Shown here piece by piece: positions 19,908-31,432 of a stretch of DNA of 64,000 nt (positions are counted from its first letter, which is position 1; each line of letters starts with the position of its first letter). The stretch lies in the NCBI GenBank assembly GCA_016720065.1, contig JADJXY010000002.1:2520316-2584315 (forward strand), in the 5' to 3' direction. Below the pieces are notes generated by a model. That model was not told the DNA's origin and made no database searches. It saw only the letters and a program-made list of their open reading frames with translations. The position numbers and the translations under genes were made by a program. Source of the DNA: Betaproteobacteria bacterium. Its GTDB lineage: Bacteria > Pseudomonadota > Gammaproteobacteria > Burkholderiales > Rhodocyclaceae.

Positions 19908-20231
19908 TCAGTAACGGCGCATGGCCGGGTCCACGTCCTGGGCCCAGACATCGACACCGCCCTGCAGATTGTGGACACGGCCAAAGCCGTTCTTTTCCAG
20001 ATAGAGGGCGACCTGCAGGCTGCGGCCACCATGGTGGCAAATCACCACCGTGTCCCGGCCCGGGTCGAGTTCAGCGATGCGGGCGGGAATTTCGCGCATG
20101 GGGACCAGACAGGCCCCCTCCAAGTGGCAGATTTCGTACTCCGCGGGTTCCCGCACGTCGAGCAGAAGGGGCGCCGTCCGGGAAGCGTCGGCGAGCCAGT
20201 CTGCCAGTTGGCGCGGAGTGACTTGCAGCAT
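19908..20231 (-). CDS. Rhodanese-like single-domain sulfurtransferase
   Basis: 107 aa, active-site loop CHHGGRS. Confidence 0.8.
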   Translation of the reverse strand: MLQVTPRQLADWLADASRTAPLLLDVREPAEYEICHLEGACLVPMREIPARIAELDPGRDTVVICHHGGRSLQVALYLEKNGFGRVHNLQGGVDVWAQDVDPAMRRY

Positions 20232-20881
20232 CAGAAGCTGAAGCCCGCCGGGGTAGGCGCTTGCAGGGCGGGGATGACGGTCTCGAACAGATTGACCGTG
20301 TTGTAGACGCCGCTTGCCGTACAGGTCACCAGTTGCGCCTCCATGACCGGCGCCTCGCCAACCACGGCTGCCAGCCGGCCACCAACGCGCAATTGCTTGA
20401 GCAGCGCCTCCGGCAGGGACGCAAGGGCGCCGGAAACGACGATGACGTCGTAGGGACCGCGGTGAGACCAGCCTTCGGCACCGTCCCCGGTCTCGACCGC
20501 CACGTTGGCGACGCCGGCCCGCTCCAGGTTACGGCGCGCCTGCTCGGCCAGCTCGGGAACGATTTCCACGCTCACCACATGCTCGGCGCGGGCCGCCAGC
20601 AGAGCAGCCATGTAGCCGGACCCGGTGCCGATTTCGAGCACCTTGTCGGTCTTCTTGACTCCCAGTTCCTGCAACAGCCGGGCCTCGACCTTGGGGGCCA
20701 GCATGACCTGACCGTGGCCCAGGGGAATTTCCAGGTCGGCGAAGGCCAGCGCCCGATAGGCCCCGGGAGTGAAATCCTCACGCTTGACGACGAAGAGGAG
20801 ATCGAGGACGGCCGGATCCAGGACTTCCCAGGGCCGGATTTGCTGCTCGATCATGTTGAAGCGTGCTTGTTCGATATTCAT
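20231..20881 (-). CDS. pcm: Protein-L-isoaspartate O-methyltransferase
   Basis: 216 aa, SAM-binding VLEIGTGSGY motif, full-length PCM similarity. Confidence 0.9.
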   Translation of the reverse strand: MNIEQARFNMIEQQIRPWEVLDPAVLDLLFVVKREDFTPGAYRALAFADLEIPLGHGQVMLAPKVEARLLQELGVKKTDKVLEIGTGSGYMAALLAARAEHVVSVEIVPELAEQARRNLERAGVANVAVETGDGAEGWSHRGPYDVIVVSGALASLPEALLKQLRVGGRLAAVVGEAPVMEAQLVTCTASGVYNTVNLFETVIPALQAPTPAGFSF

Positions 20882-20941
20882 GGGGCGCTCCGCAGGCTAT
20901 ATATTAGAACAACCTAATATGGCAGGGGTGACAAAGCGCGA

Positions 20942-21601
20942 TTATAACGCAGGAGCCAGCAGGCCCCCGCGCAGCAATTCCAGGTGGACGTCGAGGTAGG
21001 CCCTCGGCTCCTGGGACGCCAGGCGACAATGGGCCAGCGAGTGCCGCCAGATGACGAGCATGAGCATGGGGGCGATGACCACGTCGATGCAGGCGGGGAT
21101 GTCGAGGCGGCGGAATTCGCCGCAGGCCATCCCCCGCTCCAGGACCGCCGCGAACAGGCGGCGGCCGCGCAGGACCACGTTTTCGTAATAAAACTGGGCG
21201 ACCTCGGGAAAATTGCGCGCCTCGGCGATCATCAACTTGGGAATGCCCGAATACGGCGTCTCGCCGACCATGGCCCACCAGTTTTCGATCAGGCGGCGCA
21301 GGAGATCGCTGGAACTCCCCCTGTGCCCGGCCACCAACCCCTCGAGTTCGGCCAGCGCGGGCACCAGTCCTTCCTGGATCACGGCCTTGAACAGGGCGTC
21401 CTTGCCCTCGAAATACAGGTAGAGGGTGCCCTTGGAGACGCCGGCCCGGGCGGCGATGTCTTCGAGCCGAGTGGCGGCGTAACCCTTTTCGACGAACAAC
21501 TCCAGCGCGGCCGCGGTCAGTTCGCCGGGACGGGCTTCCTTGCGACGTTTGCGAGGGGGGGCGGAGGCGGGCATGGCAGATAATGACCGAAGGGTCATCA
21601 A
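20942..21601 (-). CDS. TetR-family transcriptional regulator
   Basis: N-terminal HTH (AAALELFVEKGYAATRLEDIAARAGVSKGTLYLYF) and C-terminal ligand-binding domain. Confidence 0.8.
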   Translation of the reverse strand: MMTLRSLSAMPASAPPRKRRKEARPGELTAAALELFVEKGYAATRLEDIAARAGVSKGTLYLYFEGKDALFKAVIQEGLVPALAELEGLVAGHRGSSSDLLRRLIENWWAMVGETPYSGIPKLMIAEARNFPEVAQFYYENVVLRGRRLFAAVLERGMACGEFRRLDIPACIDVVIAPMLMLVIWRHSLAHCRLASQEPRAYLDVHLELLRGGLLAPAL

Positions 21602-21625
21602 CCTACCATCGCCCTTCCGCGAGGG

Positions 21626-23062
21626 TCAACGGCCTTCCTTGATGAGCCGCCCCCCCAGGGGTTGCACCGGCCGTGCGTTGTGGCGGTAAAGCCGGGAAAA
21701 GATGGCCACCTGATCCTGGGACACCTGCACCGGCTGCTTGAGGACCAGCCACAGGACGCCCTCGCTGCACGGCGGCGTGGTGAGGGATCCCATGTAAGTG
21801 TAGTAATTGCGGTTTTCCGGCAGCAGGGTGTTGAGGTCGATGGACTGGGCGACGTTCACCTCCTGCTGCCGCTCCAGGGGGAGGTTGTTCCACAGGGTCT
21901 GGACGAAGGCGTTTTCGCTGCCTTTCTCCAGGAGCACCGCCACCACCGCCAGCTTGCCGTCGTCGGAGCGATGCACCAGATGGACCACCATGTCGAAGCC
22001 CCGGCCGTTGATCTTCTCTTCCGCCGGCTTGTGGAAGTGGAACTGGACCAGTTCGTAACTCTTGCCCCCGAGGCTGATGGCCCCGCCGTACTGAGCCACC
22101 TGGATGGTGTGGCCGTTGTCGATGATGCGGAAGGGCGAGGGTTTGTAATCGAACTTGATCGCCTCCAGGTCGACCCGGATGCCTTCCCGGATATCGATGG
22201 GCGACTGGCGCTGGCCGGTGGCGCAGAGCGTGTTCTTGGCATCCAGCCTGGCCCAGTTTTCCGGCCCGCCCTCACCGTCGTAGCTCCAGTGGATGTCGTG
22301 GTGCGCCGCGCCGCCATGGGCCGCCCGGGGCTCCCGCACCGCCAGCACCCTGGCCGAAGGCTGGGAGGCTGCAGCGTGCGGGGGTTGCGGCGTTGGCTTG
22401 GGAGCGGGCGCCGCATGGGCCTCGGGCTTGGGCGCCGCATGCTTTTCGGCTGACTTGGCCGCAGGCGCGGCAGCCGGTTTCGCCGCGCCCTCCTCGCTCG
22501 GCCGCAAGGTCGGCTTGGGGGGAAGGATGGACACCGGCCGGGCGGCGGGCTTCTTGGCGCTCTCGGCCGCCTCGGCCTTGGCGACTTCCTTCTTGAGCAT
22601 TTCCTCGTTGGCCTTTTTCAACTGGCCGGCAGCCTCGTTGGCCTTTTCTGCCACTTCCCGGGCGTCGGGCTTGGGAGGGCGGCACACGTCGCGCAGAACC
22701 TTGTCGTCCACCGTTCCGCTGCGCACGGGGAGTTCCGCGGCCTTCTGTTCCTCTTCCCGCACGAGCTCGGTTTCGCTTTTGCGCAGCACGCGCTTCAGGG
22801 TTGCCGCGCTGCGGGAAGCGCAATCGTAACGGGTGGTCGCTTCGATGATGCGGTAGGGATTACCCGAAACCGGATCGACGAGTTCCTTTTCGAGGACCAC
22901 GCGGCCCACGGCCGTCACCTTGCCGGCCTCGTCCCGTTTGATGGTCGTGCGGTCGATTTCGATGCGCTTGCCGGCTTCGGAAGAAATCACCTGCCAGGTC
23001 GGCGCGGCGACAAGCGCCGCCGGCAACAGCACGGCCCAGGCCAGGACGAAATGGCGGCTCAT
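21626..23062 (-). CDS. Alpha-class carbonic anhydrase fused to an N-terminal secreted domain with a Lys/Ala/Pro-rich linker
   Basis: C-terminal ~230 aa has alpha-CA hallmarks ([19 protein letters not shown], zinc ligands QFHFH and [16 protein letters not shown]). N-terminal ~110-aa domain with signal peptide, then ~130 aa low-complexity linker. Confidence 0.8.
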   Translation of the reverse strand: MSRHFVLAWAVLLPAALVAAPTWQVISSEAGKRIEIDRTTIKRDEAGKVTAVGRVVLEKELVDPVSGNPYRIIEATTRYDCASRSAATLKRVLRKSETELVREEEQKAAELPVRSGTVDDKVLRDVCRPPKPDAREVAEKANEAAGQLKKANEEMLKKEVAKAEAAESAKKPAARPVSILPPKPTLRPSEEGAAKPAAAPAAKSAEKHAAPKPEAHAAPAPKPTPQPPHAAASQPSARVLAVREPRAAHGGAAHHDIHWSYDGEGGPENWARLDAKNTLCATGQRQSPIDIREGIRVDLEAIKFDYKPSPFRIIDNGHTIQVAQYGGAISLGGKSYELVQFHFHKPAEEKINGRGFDMVVHLVHRSDDGKLAVVAVLLEKGSENAFVQTLWNNLPLERQQEVNVAQSIDLNTLLPENRNYYTYMGSLTTPPCSEGVLWLVLKQPVQVSQDQVAIFSRLYRHNARPVQPLGGRLIKEGR

Positions 23063-23203
23063 ACGATGGTCCCTCTTCGGTCTTTTTTTGTCTGCAATGG
23101 CGCTGCGATTCTACGCTCGCAGCCCCTATTTCGGCCGCTTTGGCCCAAAGCTTGAGGCTTTCCGGGCGAACCTTGCATTGCGGATCGCTTTCCAGTAACT
23201 TCG

Positions 23204-25250
<2,047 letters not shown>

Positions 25251-25289
25251 TGGTCCGCTTCGCAATTAACGAAACATGAAAGCTTGTCT

Positions 25290-25440
25290 TTGCGCTCCTG
25301 GCGTTGTTGCTCATCCTCGCGATAGCTTCGGCTATCGCTGCCGAGGTTGCCAACTGCGGCGCCTAGCCAGAAACGCAAATCCGGCGCTTTCATCGTGTTC
25401 CGCCAATTACGAAGCAGACCACTAGCCCCATCAGGCGGCA
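25290..25440. repeat. REP-like dispersed hairpin repeat, copy 2 (diverged)
   Basis: ...ttgctcatcctcgcgatagcttcggctatcgctgc... hairpin gcgatagc-ttcg-gctatcgc, and shared tail gaccactagccc as in copy 1. Confidence 0.4.
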
Positions 25441-25511
25441 ACGCAAAGGCGGCCTCCAAGGCCGCCTTTGCGTTGGGGCAACTCGCCCGGGAATCCCCCG
25501 TCCAGCCGCCG

Positions 25512-26195
25512 CTACATGCCCAGGGACTTGAGCAGGTCGTCGTTGCCGTCGTCCGGCCGGGCAGCAGCCGGGGCCGCCATTTCGCCGTTGGTCTGGGCGA
25601 AGAGCTGGTCAGGATCGAGCGCTTCGTGGGGTTCGAAATCGCCGAGCCTGATGAATTCGGTCCGCTCGACGGCCAGCTCGAGGTAGAAAATGTTGTTACT
25701 GCCGGTGAAGAAGCTGACCCGCCGCGCCTCGGGTTGATCGAGGTTGGTGTCCACGCTGAGGATCACCTGCTTGTTGAGGACCAGCATCTTCGGCTGGTTC
25801 TGGGTGATATGCGTCTGCAACTCATGCCCGACCTTGCTGGTGAAATCGCCGACGATCTGGTTCATCAGCTCGCCCATGACATTGCTCACCTCGTCCGAGG
25901 TATGGGAGGCGGCCAGTTCCTCGTTGGTCATGCCCATGTTGAGCAGGTAGCTCGAATAGAGCTCCATGGCCGCCGGCGCCGTGAAATTGATCACCACCAG
26001 GCCGGAAAAGCCGCCGTCGAAAAGCACGAAGCAGCCGATGTCCGGCTTCAGGCAGGTCTTGGTGATGCGCTGGACCATGCCGGAAAAGCGAATCTGGCTC
26101 TGGGTGGCGGTGGTGAGAACCTTGGTCACTGAATTGCACAAACTCAGCAAAAGGTCTTCGGTCCCGAATACGACGGAGTTGCCTGGTGCGCTCAT
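25512..26195 (-). CDS. CheX/CheC-like domain protein (hypothetical)
   Basis: 227 aa; E-x2-N motifs (SDEVSNVMGELMNQIVG) reminiscent of the CheC/CheX phosphatase fold; acidic C-terminal tail. Assignment tentative. Confidence 0.45.
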   Translation of the reverse strand: MSAPGNSVVFGTEDLLLSLCNSVTKVLTTATQSQIRFSGMVQRITKTCLKPDIGCFVLFDGGFSGLVVINFTAPAAMELYSSYLLNMGMTNEELAASHTSDEVSNVMGELMNQIVGDFTSKVGHELQTHITQNQPKMLVLNKQVILSVDTNLDQPEARRVSFFTGSNNIFYLELAVERTEFIRLGDFEPHEALDPDQLFAQTNGEMAAPAAARPDDGNDDLLKSLGM

Positions 26196-26638
26196 GATGG
26201 CGTGGTCTATGAAAGGGAATTGGGATGGTCGCCCGAATCATAAGCTGGAAAGGGGCGCGGCAGCGCGACGACGCCAACCGATTCACGTCTTTGCCATCAC
26301 AGGCAGGGATTGAGGCCAAATCCGATGCGGCAGGAAGCAGGTGCTGCGGCTGCCAGGGCCGGTCTTCATCGGCCGCTTTGCAGCGTGGCCTGCGAGCCGG
26401 CATCAAGCGTATCCGCTTTTACGGCCTCCTGGTGCCAGCTTCGCGCTTGATCCATCCCAGTGCAGCCCTCACCGCCTATGCCATGCAATTGACTTCACGG
26501 GGCCACGCCTTACAATCCCATAGCCACCGCTTTCCCGGCGGTCCAGTCCAACGAGGGCTATCCGCCGACATGCCCCCTCGCCTTTCTCAAGCGCTTCCGT
26601 GCCGACGTATAAGCAAGCATCGTTAAGCAACTCAAGTC

Positions 26639-27100
26639 ATGTCCACTGATGAACTGTATGCAGAACTAAAAGGCGACATCGCCGCCATTGCCAATCCGTT
26701 GTTTGACTTCTCGGAGCAATGCCTTGAAAAGCGAGGCAATTTTCTTCCGCAGGGCGCAGTGCTCGATGCAAACGGAAAAGTCGGGCTTGTTGCTGCTTCA
26801 CCCGATCCAATTGGCCGGTCAAACTCCACAGAGGTTTTGCCTCACTTGCGCGAAGGGCTTCGCGCTCAAGCGAGGGAAGAAGAGTTGGCAGCTATCGGTG
26901 TCGCCGAAAATGTCACAGTCACTCCGCAAGGTCAGCCATCCACGGAAGCAATCAAAGTACTTTTTGAGCATGAGCGGGGGCTGGTTGTAGCGCTCTACCT
27001 CCCATTCAAAAAGAAATTCCTACGCGGCTACTCATTCGGCAAAGCGTTCACCGTTGCCACTGTCGGAGAAGTCAATGCTTGGCCTGAGTCCGTTGCCTGA
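26639..27100 (+). CDS. Hypothetical protein (orphan, in low-GC islet)
   Basis: 153-aa ORF with good RBS context in a locally lower-GC segment; no recognisable family. Confidence 0.45.
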   Translation: MSTDELYAELKGDIAAIANPLFDFSEQCLEKRGNFLPQGAVLDANGKVGLVAASPDPIGRSNSTEVLPHLREGLRAQAREEELAAIGVAENVTVTPQGQPSTEAIKVLFEHERGLVVALYLPFKKKFLRGYSFGKAFTVATVGEVNAWPESVA

Positions 27101-27186
27101 CATTTCGGTCGAAGCGCAGCTTCGCTGTTGGGGCGCGGTGCCGGCGAGGCCCGCCCGTCGCCCCTCACCTTGATTCGGAGGGCGTC

Positions 27187-27516
27187 ATGAGACCGTCCTT
27201 CGTTGAAATCGGTACTGCGTTAATCCTGGGGGCATTATTACTCGTTGCACTTTGGGCGCAGAGTCTGTTTCCAGCATTTCCTCACTGGAACGCGGGTTTG
27301 TCGGCCTTCGCATTCTGCGTTTTTGCTGCCTATATGGTCTTGGTCGATGATTCACTCCGCCCAACGAAGTCAGCTGCACATCGCATGATGGTAGGCATCT
27401 TGACCGGCATCGTAATCGCCGCACTGAACCATGCACCAGGCGAAGGCTTCCTATTGGGGGCAATGGTTGGCGGCATTCTTGGTTGGCTTGGGCGCCATTG
27501 GGCACAGCATTTATGA
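27187..27516 (+). CDS. Small hypothetical membrane protein (3 predicted TM helices)
   Basis: 109 aa, hydrophobic helices, AT-richer codon usage than surroundings. Confidence 0.4.
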   Translation: MRPSFVEIGTALILGALLLVALWAQSLFPAFPHWNAGLSAFAFCVFAAYMVLVDDSLRPTKSAAHRMMVGILTGIVIAALNHAPGEGFLLGAMVGGILGWLGRHWAQHL

Positions 27517-27822
27517 GCAACCCGCTCATTCGGGTAACCAGGAGTTTCTCTCCCCCGGCCCCCACAGCACCCACCGTGGGCGTCCGCAGGGGGCGGTTCA
27601 ACGAGGCGACTCACTCGACCGCGACGTATAGCCCTGGGCCCCTCACCACAGCTTCTTGATGCTCGGCACCCCCTGGGCCAATGGCCAGTCATTGTTCAAC
27701 GCTCGCTGCATCGCTGGAGTCCGCGCAAGGCTGGGGCGCAGGAGAGGGGGATGAAACCCAAGGGCGGCGAACTCGTGAAGAGCGGGTCGGGGCTTTACCG
27801 CAAGGCTTGAGCCCCCGGAAGT

Positions 27823-28839
27823 TCAGACCAGAAACACCCGAACGCGACCTTCGGCCTCCTCAAACCCGAAGCGCGCCGGAAGGAATTTTGCGATCACCGC
27901 GCAATTGGTCCTGGAGTGGGACGAGAGGGCGGAAGTCGTGAAACTCGCCGCCCCTCCGGCCAGAGCCAGCGGCAGCAACAACTGATCCGCCAGATGTTCG
28001 CCCACGGCGGCGCCGCTTTCGCGGTAGCGCCGGGCCTCCCGGGCGGCACGGTCGGCCACCGTTTCCGCCGGTACGCCACGGGCGCCGAAGGCAGAAAAGA
28101 CCTCCGTCACCCCGGGATACTCCAGAACCAGCATCAGGACGTTACCCGGCCCCTCGCCGTGGGGCAGCACCCGGAGCTCTTCGTCGAGGGGGCCCAGCAT
28201 GCTTGCGGCCCGCTGCATCTCGCGCTTGGCCACTTCGGCGGGCACGCCCGCCACCACGCCGATGGCGCTCGTGCGCCGCAACGCCCCCCGCGCGTCCAGT
28301 CGCAGGGGCTGCCAGGCTTTCACCGGGCCAGTGCGCGCCATCAGTTCGCCGCCACCCGCCGGGTAGAAACCGTGGCGCAGCAATTCGATATCCAGGGACA
28401 CCCCCATGGTCCGCAGCAGCGGCTGCCAACTGCGGATGAGAAAGTCGGCCGGGGGAGCGGCCGGATTGTGCGTCCCGCCGCTCACCCACAGGGTGCTGGG
28501 GCCTTCGGCAAACCACAGGGCCGGTAACACCGTTTGCAGCACCAGGGTGCAACTCCCGGCTGATCCGATGGCGAAGCGATAGTCTCCTGCCCGCACAGGC
28601 CCCGGCTGGAAGCGCAGGCGCAGGGATCCCGGCGCCGCGCCGTCCACCCTGGCCCCGCACACCGCCGCCGCAGCCTGCACGGCGGTCAGGTGCTGCCGCA
28701 GGAGGCCGGACTTCCCGCGCCCGGCGCGGATGCGCTCGATGGCGAAGGGGATGCCGGTAATCATCGACAGGCTGAGGGCGGTGCGCAGAATCTGCCCCCC
28801 GCCCTCGCCCTGGGAACCATCCAGTTCGATCCAGTCCAT
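27823..28839 (-). CDS. rtcA: RNA 3'-terminal phosphate cyclase
   Basis: 338 aa; RtcA family motifs and the adenylylated His region (…HLAD…); last gene of the rtc operon. Confidence 0.9.
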   Translation of the reverse strand: MDWIELDGSQGEGGGQILRTALSLSMITGIPFAIERIRAGRGKSGLLRQHLTAVQAAAAVCGARVDGAAPGSLRLRFQPGPVRAGDYRFAIGSAGSCTLVLQTVLPALWFAEGPSTLWVSGGTHNPAAPPADFLIRSWQPLLRTMGVSLDIELLRHGFYPAGGGELMARTGPVKAWQPLRLDARGALRRTSAIGVVAGVPAEVAKREMQRAASMLGPLDEELRVLPHGEGPGNVLMLVLEYPGVTEVFSAFGARGVPAETVADRAAREARRYRESGAAVGEHLADQLLLPLALAGGAASFTTSALSSHSRTNCAVIAKFLPARFGFEEAEGRVRVFLV

Positions 28840-28860
28840 GGTGTCGTTCTCGTTCTTTTT

Positions 28861-29679
28861 TCAGGACACCGCCAGTACCGTGCGCAGCAGAAAGGCGTCG
28901 AGTTCCGTCCCATCACCTTCCGGTTTCTTGTAGTCCGCATCCACCGGCGTTCGTGCCAGTTCATTGTCGATGAAGGCGTGGATATTTGGCCAACGCGCGC
29001 TGTATTCAGCCTCAGCGACGCTCATCTTGATCGCCAAGAGCGCGTTGATCTCGTCCAGCAACGCCACATCCGTCACCAGGGCCTCGGCCAGATCGGCAAA
29101 GCGCATGGGCGGCTGGCCCAGGCCGCACTCGATCCATTTCGCCGCCAGCAAGGGGCGAAGGACGTAAAGGTATTTCTTCAAGCGCACGTTTTCGCCTTGC
29201 AGATAGCTGCGAAAATTGCGGCGGGCCATGGACAGATAGTGATGGCGCCCACGCTTCGGGGAAAACCATTGGGCCGCGAAGTCGCGAAGTCCTGAGGTCA
29301 GCTCAGGGTCTTCCCGATATATCACCGGAGAATCCAGCCACTCGAGCAACACCGGATTGGCACGGCGCAATAGGCGCAGCGCCTTGCGCAATTCCCAGCC
29401 CCCCACGTCCAGTTCATCGCTGATCGGCAATTCGATCACGTCCCGCCTCGGTTCCACCGTCAGATACCAGGGCAGTCGGTGCACATAGAGAAAACGCACG
29501 TCGTAATCGCTATCGGGTGAGGCAAAGCCCCAGCCCCGACTGCCAGATTCACAGGCGTACAGCACCACCACATGGTGCTCTGCCTCGATGTCAGCGAGGG
29601 CCTGCATGACGCGCTTGCGCACCCCGGAGTCAATGGGGTGTGCACTCAGCACCTTGTTTCTCTCGCGCGAATCACTCAT
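28861..29679 (-). CDS. Predicted nucleotidyltransferase (Pol-beta superfamily, RtcB-associated PF10127-like)
   Basis: N-terminal GS...D.D motif (ESGSRGWGFASPDSDYDVRF) of minimal nucleotidyltransferases; 272 aa; inserted between rtcB and rtcA with 3-21 nt gaps. Confidence 0.7.
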   Translation of the reverse strand: MSDSRERNKVLSAHPIDSGVRKRVMQALADIEAEHHVVVLYACESGSRGWGFASPDSDYDVRFLYVHRLPWYLTVEPRRDVIELPISDELDVGGWELRKALRLLRRANPVLLEWLDSPVIYREDPELTSGLRDFAAQWFSPKRGRHHYLSMARRNFRSYLQGENVRLKKYLYVLRPLLAAKWIECGLGQPPMRFADLAEALVTDVALLDEINALLAIKMSVAEAEYSARWPNIHAFIDNELARTPVDADYKKPEGDGTELDAFLLRTVLAVS

Positions 29680-29682
29680 CGC

Positions 29683-30957
29683 TCACCCTTTCACGCACAC
29701 CACCTGCCGCAAGGTATGCACCACCGCCACCAGCTCGCGCTGGGCGTGCATCACGGCATCGATGTCCTTGTAGGCCATGGGGATTTCGTCGATGACTTCG
29801 CTGTCCTTGCGGCATTCGACGTGGGCGGTGGCCCTGATCTGGTCGTCCACGGTGAAGCGGCGCCGGGCCTCGTTGCGGCTCATGGCACGGCCGGCGCCGT
29901 GGCTGCAGGAGCAGAACGACTCTTCGTTGCCCAGGCCGCGCACGATGTAGCTGCGGGCGCCCATGGATCCCGGGATGATGCCGAGTTCGCCTTTCCTGGC
30001 CGACACGGCCCCCTTGCGGGTGACCAGCACCTCGGCGCCGAAGTGGGTTTCGCGCTGGACGTAGTTGTGGTGGCAGTTCACCGCCTCCACGTCGGCCGTG
30101 AAGGGCTTGGCGATGATGCGGCGGGCAGCGGCGACCACATGGCCCATCATCACGTCGCGGTTGCGGCGGGCGTAATCCTGCGCCCAGCCGACGGCTTCAA
30201 CGTAATCGGCAAAGTGCTCCGATCCTTCCTCGAAGTAGGCGAGATCCTTGTCCGGCAGATTGGCGATGTGCTGGCGCATGTCGGCCTGGGCCAGTTCGAT
30301 GAACAGGCTGCCGATGGCGTTGCCCACCCCGCGGGAGCCCGAGTGCAGCATGAACCAGACCCGGTCGGCCTCGTCCAGGCAGACTTCGATGAAGTGGTTG
30401 CCGGTACCCAGGGTTCCCAGATGCTTGTGGTTATTGGTGTTCTTGAGGCGCGGGTACTTCTCGGCGATGCGCCGGAAGCCCGGCAGCAGGGCCGACCACA
30501 GGGCGTCCACGGTCTCCGGCGGGGTTTCCCAGGCGCCCTTGTCGCGGCGGCTCTGGCGCGGCGGCGTGCGTCCGTGGGGCACCGCGACCTCGATGGCCGA
30601 ACGCAGGCCGTGCAGGCTGTCCGGCAGGTCGGCGGCAGTGAGCGTGGTGCGGGCGGCCATCATGCCGCAACCGATATCGACCCCCACCGCCGCCGGGATG
30701 ATCGCCCCTTGCGTGGGAATCACGCTGCCGATGGTGGATCCCTTGCCCAGATGGACGTCCGGCATCACCGCCAGGTGACGGAAGATGAACGGCAGGCTGG
30801 CCGTGTTCATCAATTGCTTGCGTGCCTCTTCCTCCACCGGGACGCCTTCGGTCCACAGCTTGATCGGCTTGCCCCGGGGCACTTCCTGAGTCTGGTAGGT
30901 CATGGTCTTTCCTTTCTTGCCGCTGCGCCATGCCAAGCGCCGCGGCCAAATTCTCAT
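29683..30957 (-). CDS. rtcB: RNA-splicing ligase RtcB (3'-phosphate/5'-hydroxyl RNA ligase)
   Basis: 424 aa, full-length RtcB similarity including metal-binding His/Cys residues and GTP-binding/guanylylated His region. Confidence 0.95.
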   Translation of the reverse strand: MRIWPRRLAWRSGKKGKTMTYQTQEVPRGKPIKLWTEGVPVEEEARKQLMNTASLPFIFRHLAVMPDVHLGKGSTIGSVIPTQGAIIPAAVGVDIGCGMMAARTTLTAADLPDSLHGLRSAIEVAVPHGRTPPRQSRRDKGAWETPPETVDALWSALLPGFRRIAEKYPRLKNTNNHKHLGTLGTGNHFIEVCLDEADRVWFMLHSGSRGVGNAIGSLFIELAQADMRQHIANLPDKDLAYFEEGSEHFADYVEAVGWAQDYARRNRDVMMGHVVAAARRIIAKPFTADVEAVNCHHNYVQRETHFGAEVLVTRKGAVSARKGELGIIPGSMGARSYIVRGLGNEESFCSCSHGAGRAMSRNEARRRFTVDDQIRATAHVECRKDSEVIDEIPMAYKDIDAVMHAQRELVAVVHTLRQVVCVKG

Positions 30958-30964
30958 TGCATTA

Positions 30965-31387
30965 TCAGGCGCGGGCGGCCATCACGGCCAGACGCGCCTG
31001 CTTCTTCAGCAAGCCGGCCAGCGCTGCCTGCCGGGCCTGCTCCTTGCGCTGCCGCTCGCGCTGACGGCAGGCGCAGCAGCGTTTGGCGCCGGCGTACTGG
31101 GAACCGCCGGCGCATTCGTACCACCAGCGCTGGCGCTCGGCGGTCCATACGCACTGCGCCCCACAATCGCAGCAGGTGAAGGGCTGATCGAGGTAGTAGC
31201 CCCGCTCGGCAAAAGCGCTGCGGCCATAGCTGTTATTCGCCATCAGCCGGCCGTAGTCCACCGACACGGCCCTTCCCTCGGCGAACAAGGGGGGCTCGGG
31301 ATGCCGCCGATTCTCCGCCTGACGCCGCTCCCGCCGGGCCGCCTTGATCTCGGCCCGGCGCTGCTTTCCACTCCTGTAGCCTTCCAT
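30965..31387 (-). CDS. Basic Cys-rich zinc-ribbon-like protein (hypothetical), rtc-operon encoded
   Basis: 140 aa; Arg/Lys-rich N- and C-termini; Cys cluster FTCCDCGAQCVW...YECAGG...KRCCACRQ; 7 nt from rtcB and 45 nt from the slipin gene. Confidence 0.55.
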   Translation of the reverse strand: MEGYRSGKQRRAEIKAARRERRQAENRRHPEPPLFAEGRAVSVDYGRLMANNSYGRSAFAERGYYLDQPFTCCDCGAQCVWTAERQRWWYECAGGSQYAGAKRCCACRQRERQRKEQARQAALAGLLKKQARLAVMAARA

Positions 31388-31432
31388 GTTGCGTTCTCCT
31401 TTCCTGCCCCCGATCCGGAGGCCGGCCCTGCC

